Origin: Vulcanimicrobiota bacterium | GTDB taxonomy: Bacteria > Vulcanimicrobiota > Vulcanimicrobiia > Vulcanimicrobiales > Vulcanimicrobiaceae | DNA length: 14,437 bases | Direction: 5' to 3' | Assembly: GCA_963786105.1 (NCBI GenBank) | Contig: CAWAXX010000005.1 | Location: 1-14,437 of the forward strand | In this document: positions 1 through 8,629 of the stretch, one piece after another | Layout: every line of letters begins with the position of its first letter | How positions within the stretch are numbered: the stretch's first letter is position 1 | Position numbers and translations under genes: made by a program | Notes under the pieces: generated by a model | Told to the model about the DNA's origin: nothing | The model's input: the letters and a program-made list of their open reading frames with translations, nothing else | Database searches by the model: none

Positions 1-1437
1 CTGGTTGCTATCGGCGATCGCTTTGGGAATTTCGGGATGCTTTTCGTGCAGGAACGCCACGAACCCGCGCGCCCAATTCTGCAGGCGCGACGTCGCGATA
101 TCGTTGACGTAGCCTTTCGTCGCTGCGTAGATGACGGCGACTTGATCCTCCATCGCCTGCGGCTGGTATTGCGGCTGCTTCAGGAGCTCGGTCATTTTCT
201 CGCCGCGCATCAACTGGTTCTGGGTTGCCTTGTCGAGATCGCTCGAGAGTTTGGCGAACGCCGCCAAATCGCGGTACTGCGCCAACTCCAGCTTCAACTG
301 TCCGGCTACCGACTTCATCGCCTTGGTTTGCGCCGCGCCGCCGACGCGCGACACCGACAGACCCACGTCGACGGCCGGGCGGATGCCCTGGAAGAACAGC
401 TGCGGCGTGAGGTAGATTTGACCGTCGGTGATCGAGATCACGTTGGTGGGAATGTACGCGGCGAAGTCGCCGGCTTGCGTTTCGATGACCGGCAGCGCCG
501 TCATCGATCCACCGCCCAGATCGTCGGAAAGCTTGCAGGCGCGCTCGAGCAAGCGCGAATGCAGGTAGAACACGTCGCCCGGATACGCTTCGCGGCCCGG
601 AGGCCGGCGCAGGAGCAGCGACATTTCGCGATACGACTGCGCGTGCTTGGTGAGATCGTCGTAAATGATCAGCACGTCCTTGCCCGCATACATCAGCTCT
701 TCGGCCATCGCGCAGCCGGCGAACGGTGCCAGCCAGCGCAACGCCGCCGCTTCGGCGGGGCTGACCGCGACGATGGTCGTGTAGGACATCGCGCCTTTCT
801 GCTCGAGAACCTGCGCGATCGCCGAAACGGTCGAGTTCTTCTGTCCGATCGCGACGTAAATGCAGAAGACGTTTCGTCCCTTTTGATTGATGATCGTATC
901 GATCGCGATCGCCGTTTTACCGGTCGAGCGGTCGCCGATGATCAGCTCGCGCTGCCCCTTGCCGATTGGAATGAGGGCGTCGATGGCGCGGATGCCGGTT
1001 TGCAGTGGTTGTTTCACCGACTGGCGCTGGACGACGCCGGGCGCAACGTTTTCGACCGTGCGATAGCGGTTCGTTTCGATTGGGCCTTTGCCGTCGATCG
1101 GCTCGCCGAGCGGATTGACCACGCGCCCGAGCAGCGCCTCGCCGACCGGGACGGACGAAATGCGGCCGGTCCGCCGGACCTTGTCGCCCTCCTTGATGTC
1201 TTTGTCGGGGCCCATGATCACGACGCCGACGTTGTCCTCTTCGAGATTCAGCGCCACGCCTTGCAAGCCGTTCGGAAACTCCACCAGCTCGGACGAGCGC
1301 ACCCCGCGTAGACCGTACACGCGCGCCAGGTTTGCACCTACCTCGATGACGGTACCGATTTCGTCTTCTTGCAGGTCAGTTTTAAAGTTTTGAATCTGTT
1401 GCTTGAGAATACCGGCGATTTCGTCAGCGTTGATCAT
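1..1437 (-). CDS. atpA: F0F1 ATP synthase subunit alpha (3'-truncated by window edge)
   Basis: Manual translation from ATG at 1437 gives [19 protein letters not shown]..., with [13 protein letters not shown] (P-loop), [36 protein letters not shown] and [12 protein letters not shown]. The frame is open to position 1. AGGA precedes the start. Confidence 0.98.
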   Translation of the reverse strand, partial: MINADEIAGILKQQIQNFKTDLQEDEIGTVIEVGANLARVYGLRGVRSSELVEFPNGLQGVALNLEEDNVGVVIMGPDKDIKEGDKVRRTGRISSVPVGEALLGRVVNPLGEPIDGKGPIETNRYRTVENVAPGVVQRQSVKQPLQTGIRAIDALIPIGKGQRELIIGDRSTGKTAIAIDTIINQKGRNVFCIYVAIGQKNSTVSAIAQVLEQKGAMSYTTIVAVSPAEAAALRWLAPFAGCAMAEELMYAGKDVLIIYDDLTKHAQSYREMSLLLRRPPGREAYPGDVFYLHSRLLERACKLSDDLGGGSMTALPVIETQAGDFAAYIPTNVISITDGQIYLTPQLFFQGIRPAVDVGLSVSRVGGAAQTKAMKSVAGQLKLELAQYRDLAAFAKLSSDLDKATQNQLMRGEKMTELLKQPQYQPQAMEDQVAVIYAATKGYVNDIATSRLQNWARGFVAFLHEKHPEIPKAIADSNQ

Positions 1438-1448
1438 TCATTCATGTC

Positions 1449-1988
1449 CTAGGGCGTTGCGAAAAGGGTTCGTGAAAGGGCTTCCAAGCGGCCGGCAACC
1501 GTGCCGTCGATCCGGCGGTCGCCCATGAGAATCCGTACTCCACCGATCGCGTCGCGATCGACGACCTGGGTGACGTCGAACTTCCTTGCATACAGGCGCT
1601 CGAGACGGGATACCAAGGCCTCCAACTCGTCGTGCGAAAGCTCGCGCGCCGACGTCACGAGCAGCGTTTCCTCGCCGCGCGCCGCCAGTTGCAGCTTGCG
1701 ATATTCCGCCACCAGCGCACCCAAGAGGCCTTCGCGGCGCTTGCGGACCAGCAGCAACAGCGTATGGAGCGCGACCTCGTGTACGCGCGGCCCGAAGGTT
1801 TCGAAAAGCACGCGTTCTTTTTCGCGCCGATCGACGACCGGCGCGACGAAAAAGTCGTGCGCGATACCGGAGCCCAGCGCCGAGGCCATCGCGTCCAAAT
1901 CGTCGCCGACGCGATCGGCGGCATCTCGTTCGCTCGCCAGCGCAAACACCGCGGTCGCGTAGCGGCGCGCCAGTTTTTCGTTAACCAT
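1449..1988 (-). CDS. atpH: F0F1 ATP synthase subunit delta
   Basis: MVNEKLARRYATAVF...LLLLVRKRRE...VTSARELS...AIGGVRILMGDRRIDGTV is an OSCP/delta signature. The real start is ATG 1988, overlapping the b-subunit stop. The longer track ORF N-terminus overlaps atpF. Confidence 0.95.
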   Translation of the reverse strand: MVNEKLARRYATAVFALASERDAADRVGDDLDAMASALGSGIAHDFFVAPVVDRREKERVLFETFGPRVHEVALHTLLLLVRKRREGLLGALVAEYRKLQLAARGEETLLVTSARELSHDELEALVSRLERLYARKFDVTQVVDRDAIGGVRILMGDRRIDGTVAGRLEALSRTLFATP

Positions 1989-2481
1989 CGTCGCGCTCCA
2001 ACGATCCGACGAACCGGTCGACCAGGCGGGCGTTGACGGTCGCGTCGACGCGGCGCAACGCCTCGGACCGCGCCGTACTGAGAGCCTTGACGAGCAGCTC
2101 CTCGCGCAGCCGTTCGCGCCCGGTCGCCAGCGTACGCGCGAACTCCGCCTGCGCGTCGCGCAGCGCGCGTTCGCCGGCCTCGCGCGTTTCGGCGACGACC
2201 GCATCGCGTTCGCGAGCCGCCTGAGCGTCGGCGCGCGTTTTGATGAGGTCGGCGTCGGCAGCGGCACCCTCGATTTCGTTTTGCAGCAAGTCGAGCGTCG
2301 CTTTCGCTTCGTCGCGATGCCGTTCGGCTTCCGCAACCTGCTTGTTGTAGCGCTCCTGCGCGGCCAAGATCGCCGGCTGAAGAAACTTAAACCACAGCCA
2401 TACCAGCACGCACAGAAAGAGTACCGACGAGGCGACTTGGCTCCAGATTGCGATCTGGACGTATATCGAGTTCTGACTCAC
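1981..2481 (-). CDS. atpF: F0F1 ATP synthase subunit b
   Basis: GTG at 2481 overlaps the b' stop (GTGA). N-terminal TM segment (QVASSVLFLCVLVWLWFKFLQP) is followed by an Ala/Glu/Arg-rich coiled coil, ending ...VNARLVDRFVGSL. Lies directly before delta. Confidence 0.9.
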   Translation of the reverse strand: MSQNSIYVQIAIWSQVASSVLFLCVLVWLWFKFLQPAILAAQERYNKQVAEAERHRDEAKATLDLLQNEIEGAAADADLIKTRADAQAARERDAVVAETREAGERALRDAQAEFARTLATGRERLREELLVKALSTARSEALRRVDATVNARLVDRFVGSLERDDG

Positions 2482-2909
2482 TTGGCCGCGACCCCGAGCG
2501 TCCGTTCGACCATCGCGTCGGCGAGCTGCTTCACCAGACGGTCCTCGTTGGCGCGAGCGCGGTCGAGTTCGGCGTTCGCGTTGCGTTGCGCCTCGGCCAC
2601 AATCGATTGAACTTGGGCCGAGAAATGCGATGCCATCTCGGCGGTCTCGTTCGAAGCGTCGGCCCTTATCTTGGCGATCTTCTGTTCGGCTTCGCGGCGC
2701 GCTTCGGCTCGAATGCGTTCCGCCCGCTCGCGCAGCGCCTTCGCGTCGCCCTGGTACTTGGCATAGTCGGAAACGACGCCGTCGATGTACTCGCGCCGTT
2801 TGCGAATCGCTCGCCCGACCGGACGCAAGAACAGCGCGTTTAACAACGCGAAGAAAATCGCGAAGTTGACGAGCTGGACCCAAAACGTCCCGTCGAGTGA
2901 AAGAAACAT
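2478..2909 (-). CDS. atpF2: F0F1 ATP synthase subunit b' (second peripheral-stalk subunit)
   Basis: MFLSLDGTFWVQLVNFAIFFALLNALFLRPV...RREYI is a typical b/b' N-terminus. It is shorter (143 aa) than b and lies between atpE and atpF. Confidence 0.9.
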   Translation of the reverse strand: MFLSLDGTFWVQLVNFAIFFALLNALFLRPVGRAIRKRREYIDGVVSDYAKYQGDAKALRERAERIRAEARREAEQKIAKIRADASNETAEMASHFSAQVQSIVAEAQRNANAELDRARANEDRLVKQLADAMVERTLGVAAK

Positions 2910-2924
2910 CGTCCGGTCGCTTCG

Positions 2925-3209
2925 CTAATGGCCCGCTAGGCTCGCGTACAAGCCGCTCGGAACCCCGACCACAACCAGCAGCATGTAAAACGCCAGACCC
3001 AGGCCGATGATGGGAAATGCTTCCAGAACGCCGACGCCGAGGAAGAGGAATACGAAGATGTTCGGACGCGCCTCCGGCTGACGAGCGATCGCCTCGACCG
3101 CCTTACTCGCTACGATGCCGTCGCCGATCGCCGACCCGAACGCAACGCCGGTGACGATGAGGCCGAATGCCAGCAGCGTGAAGGCTGCAACTAACGCTTG
3201 AGATGTCAA
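2925..3209 (-). CDS. atpE: F0F1 ATP synthase subunit c
   Basis: Two hydrophobic helices joined by the ARQPEA loop, with ion-binding Glu63 in GVLEAFP. TTG start preceded by a GGAAAGGA ribosome-binding site. Confidence 0.96.
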   Translation of the reverse strand: MTSQALVAAFTLLAFGLIVTGVAFGSAIGDGIVASKAVEAIARQPEARPNIFVFLFLGVGVLEAFPIIGLGLAFYMLLVVVGVPSGLYASLAGH

Positions 3210-3241
3210 GAGCTTATCCTTTCCATGGAGTCACAAGATTC

Positions 3242-3973
3242 CTAATGTTCTTCGCCCATCGAGAGCGAAAGATAGACGATCCCGAGCAGCGTGAAAACGA
3301 ACGCCTGCACCGTACCGACGAAGAAGTTGAAAAACTGAATGAAGAACGGCATGACGGCGACCGCAAACGACAGGTTGACCGGTCCCAGCGTCACGTGGGC
3401 GAGTATGATTGAAGCGATGATGATGAAGAGCAGCTCGCCGACGAAGATGTTGAAAAACAAACGCGCCGCCAACGTTGCCGGCCGTGCGAGCTCTTCGAGA
3501 ATGTTGATCGGTGCGAGCGGCCAGAACGGCTTGAAGAGATGCCCGATCTGCTTGATGCCGTTCTGCCGAAAACCGACGATCCACGTGAGAAAAAAGACGA
3601 TGAGCGCGAGCGGGACCGTCGTGTTGAGATCGGCCGTGGGCGACCCGCCGAAAGGAAGCCCGAACGCTTTGAACGGCAACACGCCGAACTGGTTGAGCAA
3701 GAAGATGAACACGAAGAGCGCGATGAAAAACGGGACGAACGGTTCGCCACGCTTGCCCAACGTACCGGTCGCGAGATCGGCGATGTAGTTGACGACGCCT
3801 TCGACGACGACTTGGCGCCTCGTTTGATACGCCGAACGATAGCTGGCGCCCACCCACGCGAAGATAGCGAGCGCTACGATCATGACGAGCCAGGTCGTCG
3901 CGATCGTATCCCCGTGCACCGCCCCGAGCACGGGAACGTGCCAGAGGATGTGTTCTCCGAGTTTTTCTTGCAA
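3242..3973 (-). CDS. atpB: F0F1 ATP synthase subunit a
   Basis: Multi-TM protein with SPTADLNTT, PINILEELARPATLAARLFFN (essential Arg) and VQAFVFTLL motifs. TTG start with GGAG upstream. Confidence 0.96.
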   Translation of the reverse strand: MQEKLGEHILWHVPVLGAVHGDTIATTWLVMIVALAIFAWVGASYRSAYQTRRQVVVEGVVNYIADLATGTLGKRGEPFVPFFIALFVFIFLLNQFGVLPFKAFGLPFGGSPTADLNTTVPLALIVFFLTWIVGFRQNGIKQIGHLFKPFWPLAPINILEELARPATLAARLFFNIFVGELLFIIIASIILAHVTLGPVNLSFAVAVMPFFIQFFNFFVGTVQAFVFTLLGIVYLSLSMGEEH

Positions 3974-4009
3974 GTTACTCCAACAACCGGACCGCCGGTT
4001 ACTACCTAC

Positions 4010-4432
4010 TCATTTTGCTGCAAATGCGCGCTGAGCGCCGTACGCAAACATCGCCAGCGGAAGAAAGAATCCGGCGAAGTACCAGGCCATGGACCACCAG
4101 GGGCCGAGCACGGCGAACGCCACCGGGACTATACCGAAGAGGCCGATTCGTACGAAACTACTTAAGACGAAGCCGCCGACGCCGCGATTATCCACTAATC
4201 GCTCGCCGCTGCGCATCGTCCAAAGGGTGTTGAGAACTCCGCACAGTCCGCCGGCCCAAAGCGCGAAAACCGGATGGGGCAGCCAACGAACGAGGATTAG
4301 ACCGATAAGCGCAACGACGAGCAGGCTGCGAATCGACACCGACCGTTTGAGCGCTTGGTACGTCGCGAGATCGGCCGCCGCTTCAGCGTCGCTGTAGCTA
4401 CGCCGGGTGGGGGGGTTATCCTGCTCGTCCAC
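4010..4432 (-). CDS. atpI: ATP synthase accessory membrane protein I (AtpI/UncI-like)
   Basis: 140-aa protein with about 4 hydrophobic segments (GGLCGVLNTLW; SSFVRIGLFGIV), immediately upstream of atpB. Start position (GTG 4432) is uncertain. Confidence 0.8.
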   Translation of the reverse strand: MDEQDNPPTRRSYSDAEAAADLATYQALKRSVSIRSLLVVALIGLILVRWLPHPVFALWAGGLCGVLNTLWTMRSGERLVDNRGVGGFVLSSFVRIGLFGIVPVAFAVLGPWWSMAWYFAGFFLPLAMFAYGAQRAFAAK

Positions 4433-4438
4433 GAGGCG

Positions 4439-4624
4439 CTAGAGCGAGCGCAACAGGAGGCGAAGGGCAGAGTAGCCGCCCAGCAGGATCCCCCCGACCA
4501 TCCCCCCGATCGCCCAGAGCGGCTGCCCCGTTGCGCGGCCAATCCAGACACCGGCGAGCAGCCCTATCAGGGTAGCCGCGGCAAACGTGCCGCCCGCCGC
4601 CAATACCGGGACGACGGCATTCAC
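4439..4624 (-). CDS. Small AtpZ/AtpI-family (atp operon gene 1) two-TM membrane protein
   Basis: GTG 4624 overlaps the wecB stop (GTGA). 61 aa: MNAVVPVLAAGGTFAAATLIGLLAGVWIGRATGQPLWAIGGMVGGILLGGYSALRLLLRSL. The Gly-patterned helical hairpin is typical of this family, and it is the first gene of the atp cluster. Confidence 0.8.
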   Translation of the reverse strand: MNAVVPVLAAGGTFAAATLIGLLAGVWIGRATGQPLWAIGGMVGGILLGGYSALRLLLRSL

Positions 4625-5802
4625 GGCGGCCCGGCGGCCGCCCGTACCGCCGCTGCTGCGACGTCGAAGGGTGCCGGATACGCTCCGTCGCGGAGGCGCG
4701 CGAGCAGCCAGGCTACGATGCGGCCGGCCGAATGGCCGTCGCCGTACGGGTTGGCCGCGCGCGACATCTGGGCGTAGTGCGCCGAGTCGGTCAGCAAGCG
4801 GCGAGCCGCCCGAACGATCCGTTCGCGGCCGTGCCCGACCAGCTCCAGCGTTCCCGCCTCGAGCCCTTCGGGACGTTCGGTCTCCTCGCGCATCACCAAG
4901 ACCGGCTTGCCCAGGCACGGCGCCTCTTCTTGCAGCCCTCCCGAATCGGTCAGCACGAAGGCCGATTCCCGCACCGCGCAGACCATCTGCGCGTAGTCGA
5001 TCGGATCGACCAGGACCACTCCCGGCACGCCGTCGAGCACGGCGTGCGCCACCGGAGCGACTCGCGGCGACGGATGAACCGGCCAGTACACCTGCGGACG
5101 CATCGGCATTTGCGTGATATCCCGCATGGCCTCGGTCATCTCGCGCATGTACCCGTGATTCTCCCGGCGATGCGCGGTAACGACGACGATGGGACGGTTC
5201 GGCTCGAGCTCGTTCCAGCGCGGCGGCAACGGCAAGTCTGGCCGGCGCGCCGTTTCCAGGAAAGCGTCGATCACGGTGTTTCCGGTAACGATGATGTCGG
5301 CGGCGTCGATGTTTTCGAGCAACAGGTGCTCGCGCGCCAATGACGTCGGAGAAAAGTGATAGGACGCAATCGTGCCGGTGAGCCGGCGATTCATCTCTTC
5401 GGGGTAGGGCAGCCACTTATCGTTGGTACGCAGACCGGCTTCCACGTGGCCGACCGGGATCTGCTGGTAAAAGGCCGCCAGCGCCGCCGAGCTGCTCGTC
5501 GTCGTGTCCCCATGGACGAGCACGACGTCGGGTTGCGCTCGAACGAGCACTCGCTCCATCCCGATCAGCACGCGCGTCGTGATTTCGGTCAGAGTTTGAT
5601 CGTCGGTCATGATGTCGAGATCGTAGTCGGGCTCGATCGCAAACAACGCCAGCAGATCGTCGAGCATCTTCCGGTGCTGCGCGGTCACGCAGACGATGTC
5701 GTCGATATCCGGATGTGCGGCGAGTGCGTGCACGACCGGCGCCATCTTGATGGTGTCGGGACGCGTCCCGAACACCGTCATCACTTTGAGTTTATCGGTC
5801 AT
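4621..5802 (-). CDS. wecB: UDP-N-acetylglucosamine 2-epimerase (non-hydrolysing)
   Basis: Motifs VFGTRPDTIKMAPV, VLVHGDTTT, GHVEAGLRT, PYPEEMNR, VTAHRREN, LTDSGGLQEEAP and NPYGDG. Confidence 0.96.
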   Translation of the reverse strand: MTDKLKVMTVFGTRPDTIKMAPVVHALAAHPDIDDIVCVTAQHRKMLDDLLALFAIEPDYDLDIMTDDQTLTEITTRVLIGMERVLVRAQPDVVLVHGDTTTSSSAALAAFYQQIPVGHVEAGLRTNDKWLPYPEEMNRRLTGTIASYHFSPTSLAREHLLLENIDAADIIVTGNTVIDAFLETARRPDLPLPPRWNELEPNRPIVVVTAHRRENHGYMREMTEAMRDITQMPMRPQVYWPVHPSPRVAPVAHAVLDGVPGVVLVDPIDYAQMVCAVRESAFVLTDSGGLQEEAPCLGKPVLVMREETERPEGLEAGTLELVGHGRERIVRAARRLLTDSAHYAQMSRAANPYGDGHSAGRIVAWLLARLRDGAYPAPFDVAAAAVRAAAGPP

Positions 5803-5814
5803 CGTATCGTCGTT

Positions 5815-6903
5815 CTAACTGCTATGGCGAAACACGTGGGTGAACTCTCCCGACAACGCCAGTGCGACCGCGCCCAGCACGAAGCACACCGCATAGATTA
5901 ACAAGACGGCCTGACGGACGTTCAAGCCGAAACGGAAGATGAGCTGGTGGTGGAAATGGCCGCGGTCGGCCTCGGTGATCCGCTTGCCCGCCAGCGCGCG
6001 CCGCACGATCGCGGCCGCCGTATCGAGCACCGGCAGCGCCAGCACGAACAGCGGCACGACCACGCTAATAGCGATTGCCTGTTTGCTCGCACCGATAATC
6101 GAGACCGTGGCAAAGACGTACCCGATGAAGAGCGATCCGGCGTCGCCCAGGAAGATGCGCGCCGGATTGAAATTGTATGGAAGGAAGCCGAGCGCCGAGC
6201 CTGCCAGCGCGATGACGACCAGCGCGACCACTGGATTGGCGTGCAGCACCGAAATCGCGAAGATAAAGATGCTGGAGATCACCGTAACGCCGGCCAGCAG
6301 CCCGTCGAGCCCATCGATGAAGTTGATGGCGTTCATCATGCCGACGTACCACAAGAGCGTGATCGGCACTCCCACCCAGAGCGGGAACTCGATCCAGTTG
6401 GTGTTGGGGTTGTGGTCGAACGGATTGGTAACCCCGGTGATGACGAAGCCGTAAAAGAGCGAGATCAACGCGACCAGAACCTGGGCGACGAACTTGTTGC
6501 GCGGCCGCATTCCCATGATGTCGTCCCAAACGCCGATGCCGAGCACGAGGAGGCTGCCGAAGAGCAATCCGACGAGCTGGTGGACGGTCGCGAACTGGTC
6601 GGTAAGCAGCTCGAGCTGTTTGGCGTGCGTGTCGTGCGCTCCCGACGGTAGCAGCGCGAAGGGGGACGCGAGTGCGAAACCGAGCACCGCGAACAGCGCG
6701 CAGGCAAATCCGAAGAACACGGCGATCCCGCCGATTCGGGGAGTGGGCACGTCGTGCACGCGGCGCTCTTCGCGGCCGTGATCGATCACGCCGAGATGGG
6801 TCGCCAGCAGCACGATCAGCGGCGTAGCGAACGACGTTACGAGCGCCGCGATCGCGAAGGTTGCGAAGTAGATCGCGGCCGCAGTCCAGCCGAACGTATT
6901 CAC
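5815..6903 (-). CDS. wecA: Undecaprenyl-phosphate GlcNAc-1-phosphate transferase (WecA/TagO, glycosyltransferase family 4)
   Basis: Polytopic membrane protein with VHDVPTPRIGG, GVWDD, NAINFIDGLDGL, FNPARIFLGDAGS and ADRGHFHH motifs. GTG start overlaps the upstream stop. Confidence 0.92.
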   Translation of the reverse strand: MNTFGWTAAAIYFATFAIAALVTSFATPLIVLLATHLGVIDHGREERRVHDVPTPRIGGIAVFFGFACALFAVLGFALASPFALLPSGAHDTHAKQLELLTDQFATVHQLVGLLFGSLLVLGIGVWDDIMGMRPRNKFVAQVLVALISLFYGFVITGVTNPFDHNPNTNWIEFPLWVGVPITLLWYVGMMNAINFIDGLDGLLAGVTVISSIFIFAISVLHANPVVALVVIALAGSALGFLPYNFNPARIFLGDAGSLFIGYVFATVSIIGASKQAIAISVVVPLFVLALPVLDTAAAIVRRALAGKRITEADRGHFHHQLIFRFGLNVRQAVLLIYAVCFVLGAVALALSGEFTHVFRHSS

Positions 6904-7337
6904 CCGCGCGTCCCCTCCAGCGCGGCGTATTGCACCGAGGCGACGCCCGCTTCGGCTAACAACGTTCCGGCGACCGCATCCGGGTAGACCCCGTCGTACA
7001 CGATCTTCCGCACGCCGGCGCTAATGAGCAACTTCGAGCAATTCACGCACGGTTGATGCGTGCAGTACGCGGTCGCACCCTCCAGACTGACGCCGTGCAG
7101 CGCGCCCTGCACGACGGCGTTGGCTTCGGCGTGCGTCGCGCGCACGCAATGTTCGCCCACCAGCGTACATCCGACTTCGGTGCAGTGCGCGACCCCGCGC
7201 GGCGCGCCGTTATAGCCCGTGGTCAGAATCCTGTGCTCGCGTACCAGCACGCAGCCCACCGCCGCACGCGGGCACGTCGACCGCGTGCTGACGGTGAGCG
7301 CGATTTGCATGAAATACTCGTCCCACCCAGGGCGCAC
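6900..7337 (-). CDS. Deoxycytidylate (dCMP) deaminase family protein (ComEB-like)
   Basis: RPGWDEYFM, RSTC, TGYNGAP, and zinc motifs HAEANA and PCVNC. Confidence 0.92.
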   Translation of the reverse strand: MRPGWDEYFMQIALTVSTRSTCPRAAVGCVLVREHRILTTGYNGAPRGVAHCTEVGCTLVGEHCVRATHAEANAVVQGALHGVSLEGATAYCTHQPCVNCSKLLISAGVRKIVYDGVYPDAVAGTLLAEAGVASVQYAALEGTRG

Positions 7338-7367
7338 GTTACGTGGAAGCTCCCGCGAGTTTCCTCA

Positions 7368-8615
7368 TTATGGAACGCCGAAGCGGGAAGTGAGTTCGCG
7401 CACCCGGCCGCTAAGCGCGGCGACGCGCGCGCGCGTTTCGATGTCGGCGAGCGCGTCGACCATGATTCGCGCGACTTCGCGACACTCGTCGATTCCGAAG
7501 CCCCGACTGGTGATGGCGGGCGTCCCGATGCGGATGCCGCTGGCGACCATCGGCTTTTGCCGGTCGAACGGAATCGCGTTCTTATTGACCGTAATGCCGA
7601 TCTCGTCGAGATATCCCTCGACCGCTTTTCCGGTGAGACCCTTGACCGAGACGTCGACGAGCAGCAGATGGGTGTCGGTGCCGCCGCCCACCAACCGCAA
7701 CCCGCCGCGTACGAACTCGTCGGCCATGGCGCGTGCGTTGTCGATGACCTGCTGCTGGTAGGTTTTAAAATCGGGGCGCAGCGCCTCGCCGAAAGCGACC
7801 GCCTTGGCGGCGATCGTGTGCATGAGCGGGCCGCCTTGAATGCCGGGGAAGACGCTCTTGTCGATCGGCTGCGCCCAGGTTTGCGTGCATAGAATGATGC
7901 CGCCGCGCGGACCCCGCAACGTCTTATGCGTCGTCGACGTTGAGAAATCGGCCACGCCCACCGGCGACGGGTGCAGCCCGACCGCCACCAAACCGGCGAC
8001 GTGCGCCATATCCACCAGCAACGTCGCGCCGACGTCGTCGGCGATCTCCCGGAAAGGTCCGTATTCCATCGTACGCGGATACGCGCTGGCACCGGCAACG
8101 ATCATCTTGGGCCGATGTTCGCGCGCTTGGGCGCGCACTTCGTCGAAATCGATCAACTCGGTTTCGCGATTCACTCCATAGGCGACCGCGTTGTAAAGTT
8201 TTCCGGAGAAGCTCACTTTGGTGCCGTGAGTGAGGTGCCCGCCATGGGCCAGCGACATACCCAGCACGGTATCGCCCGGCTGCAGCTGCGCCATGAAGAC
8301 GGCCATGTTGGCCTGCGCGCCGGAATGCGGCTGCACGTTGGCGTGCTCGGCACCGAACAGCAACTTTACGCGATCGATCGCGAGACGTTCGGCTTGGTCG
8401 ACGAACTCGCATCCGCCGTAGTACCGCCTGCCTGGGTAGCCTTCGGCGTACTTGTTAGTCATCACGCAGCCCATCGCTTCGCGCACGGCCGGGCTGGCGT
8501 AGTTCTCCGAAGCGATGAGTTCGAGATTGTCTCGCTGCCGGCGTTCCTCTCCGGCGATGGCCGCAAAGACTTCGGGATCTTCGGCTTCGACGTGACTGCG
8601 TGCGAGAATGTCCAT
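7368..8615 (-). CDS. glyA: Serine hydroxymethyltransferase
   Basis: [30 protein letters not shown], the PLP-lysine motif [12 protein letters not shown], and SGIRIGTPA. Confidence 0.99.
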   Translation of the reverse strand: MDILARSHVEAEDPEVFAAIAGEERRQRDNLELIASENYASPAVREAMGCVMTNKYAEGYPGRRYYGGCEFVDQAERLAIDRVKLLFGAEHANVQPHSGAQANMAVFMAQLQPGDTVLGMSLAHGGHLTHGTKVSFSGKLYNAVAYGVNRETELIDFDEVRAQAREHRPKMIVAGASAYPRTMEYGPFREIADDVGATLLVDMAHVAGLVAVGLHPSPVGVADFSTSTTHKTLRGPRGGIILCTQTWAQPIDKSVFPGIQGGPLMHTIAAKAVAFGEALRPDFKTYQQQVIDNARAMADEFVRGGLRLVGGGTDTHLLLVDVSVKGLTGKAVEGYLDEIGITVNKNAIPFDRQKPMVASGIRIGTPAITSRGFGIDECREVARIMVDALADIETRARVAALSGRVRELTSRFGVP

Positions 8616-8629
8616 GTGCGTGCCCGCCC

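Noticed and set aside
37..1311. 424-aa plus-strand ORF
   Set aside because: It is the antisense shadow of atpA. Long stop-free antisense frames are expected opposite conserved GC-rich genes, and the translation shows no recognisable motifs.
1989..2336. Apparent long N-terminal extension of delta (possible b-delta fusion as in mycobacteria)
   Set aside because: The extension is an alternative frame over atpF. b has its own TAA at 1981-1983 and delta its own ATG at 1988.
4409..4415. G7 homopolymer near the atpI 5' end as a phase-variation tract
   Set aside because: It is short for a GC-rich genome, the frame is intact (Pro-Pro codons), and the gene is housekeeping.
4625..5416. 325-aa track ORF ending in the AtpZ-like sequence
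   Set aside because: The upstream part is an off-frame Arg-rich read of wecB. Only the last 61 codons, from GTG 4624, look like a real protein.
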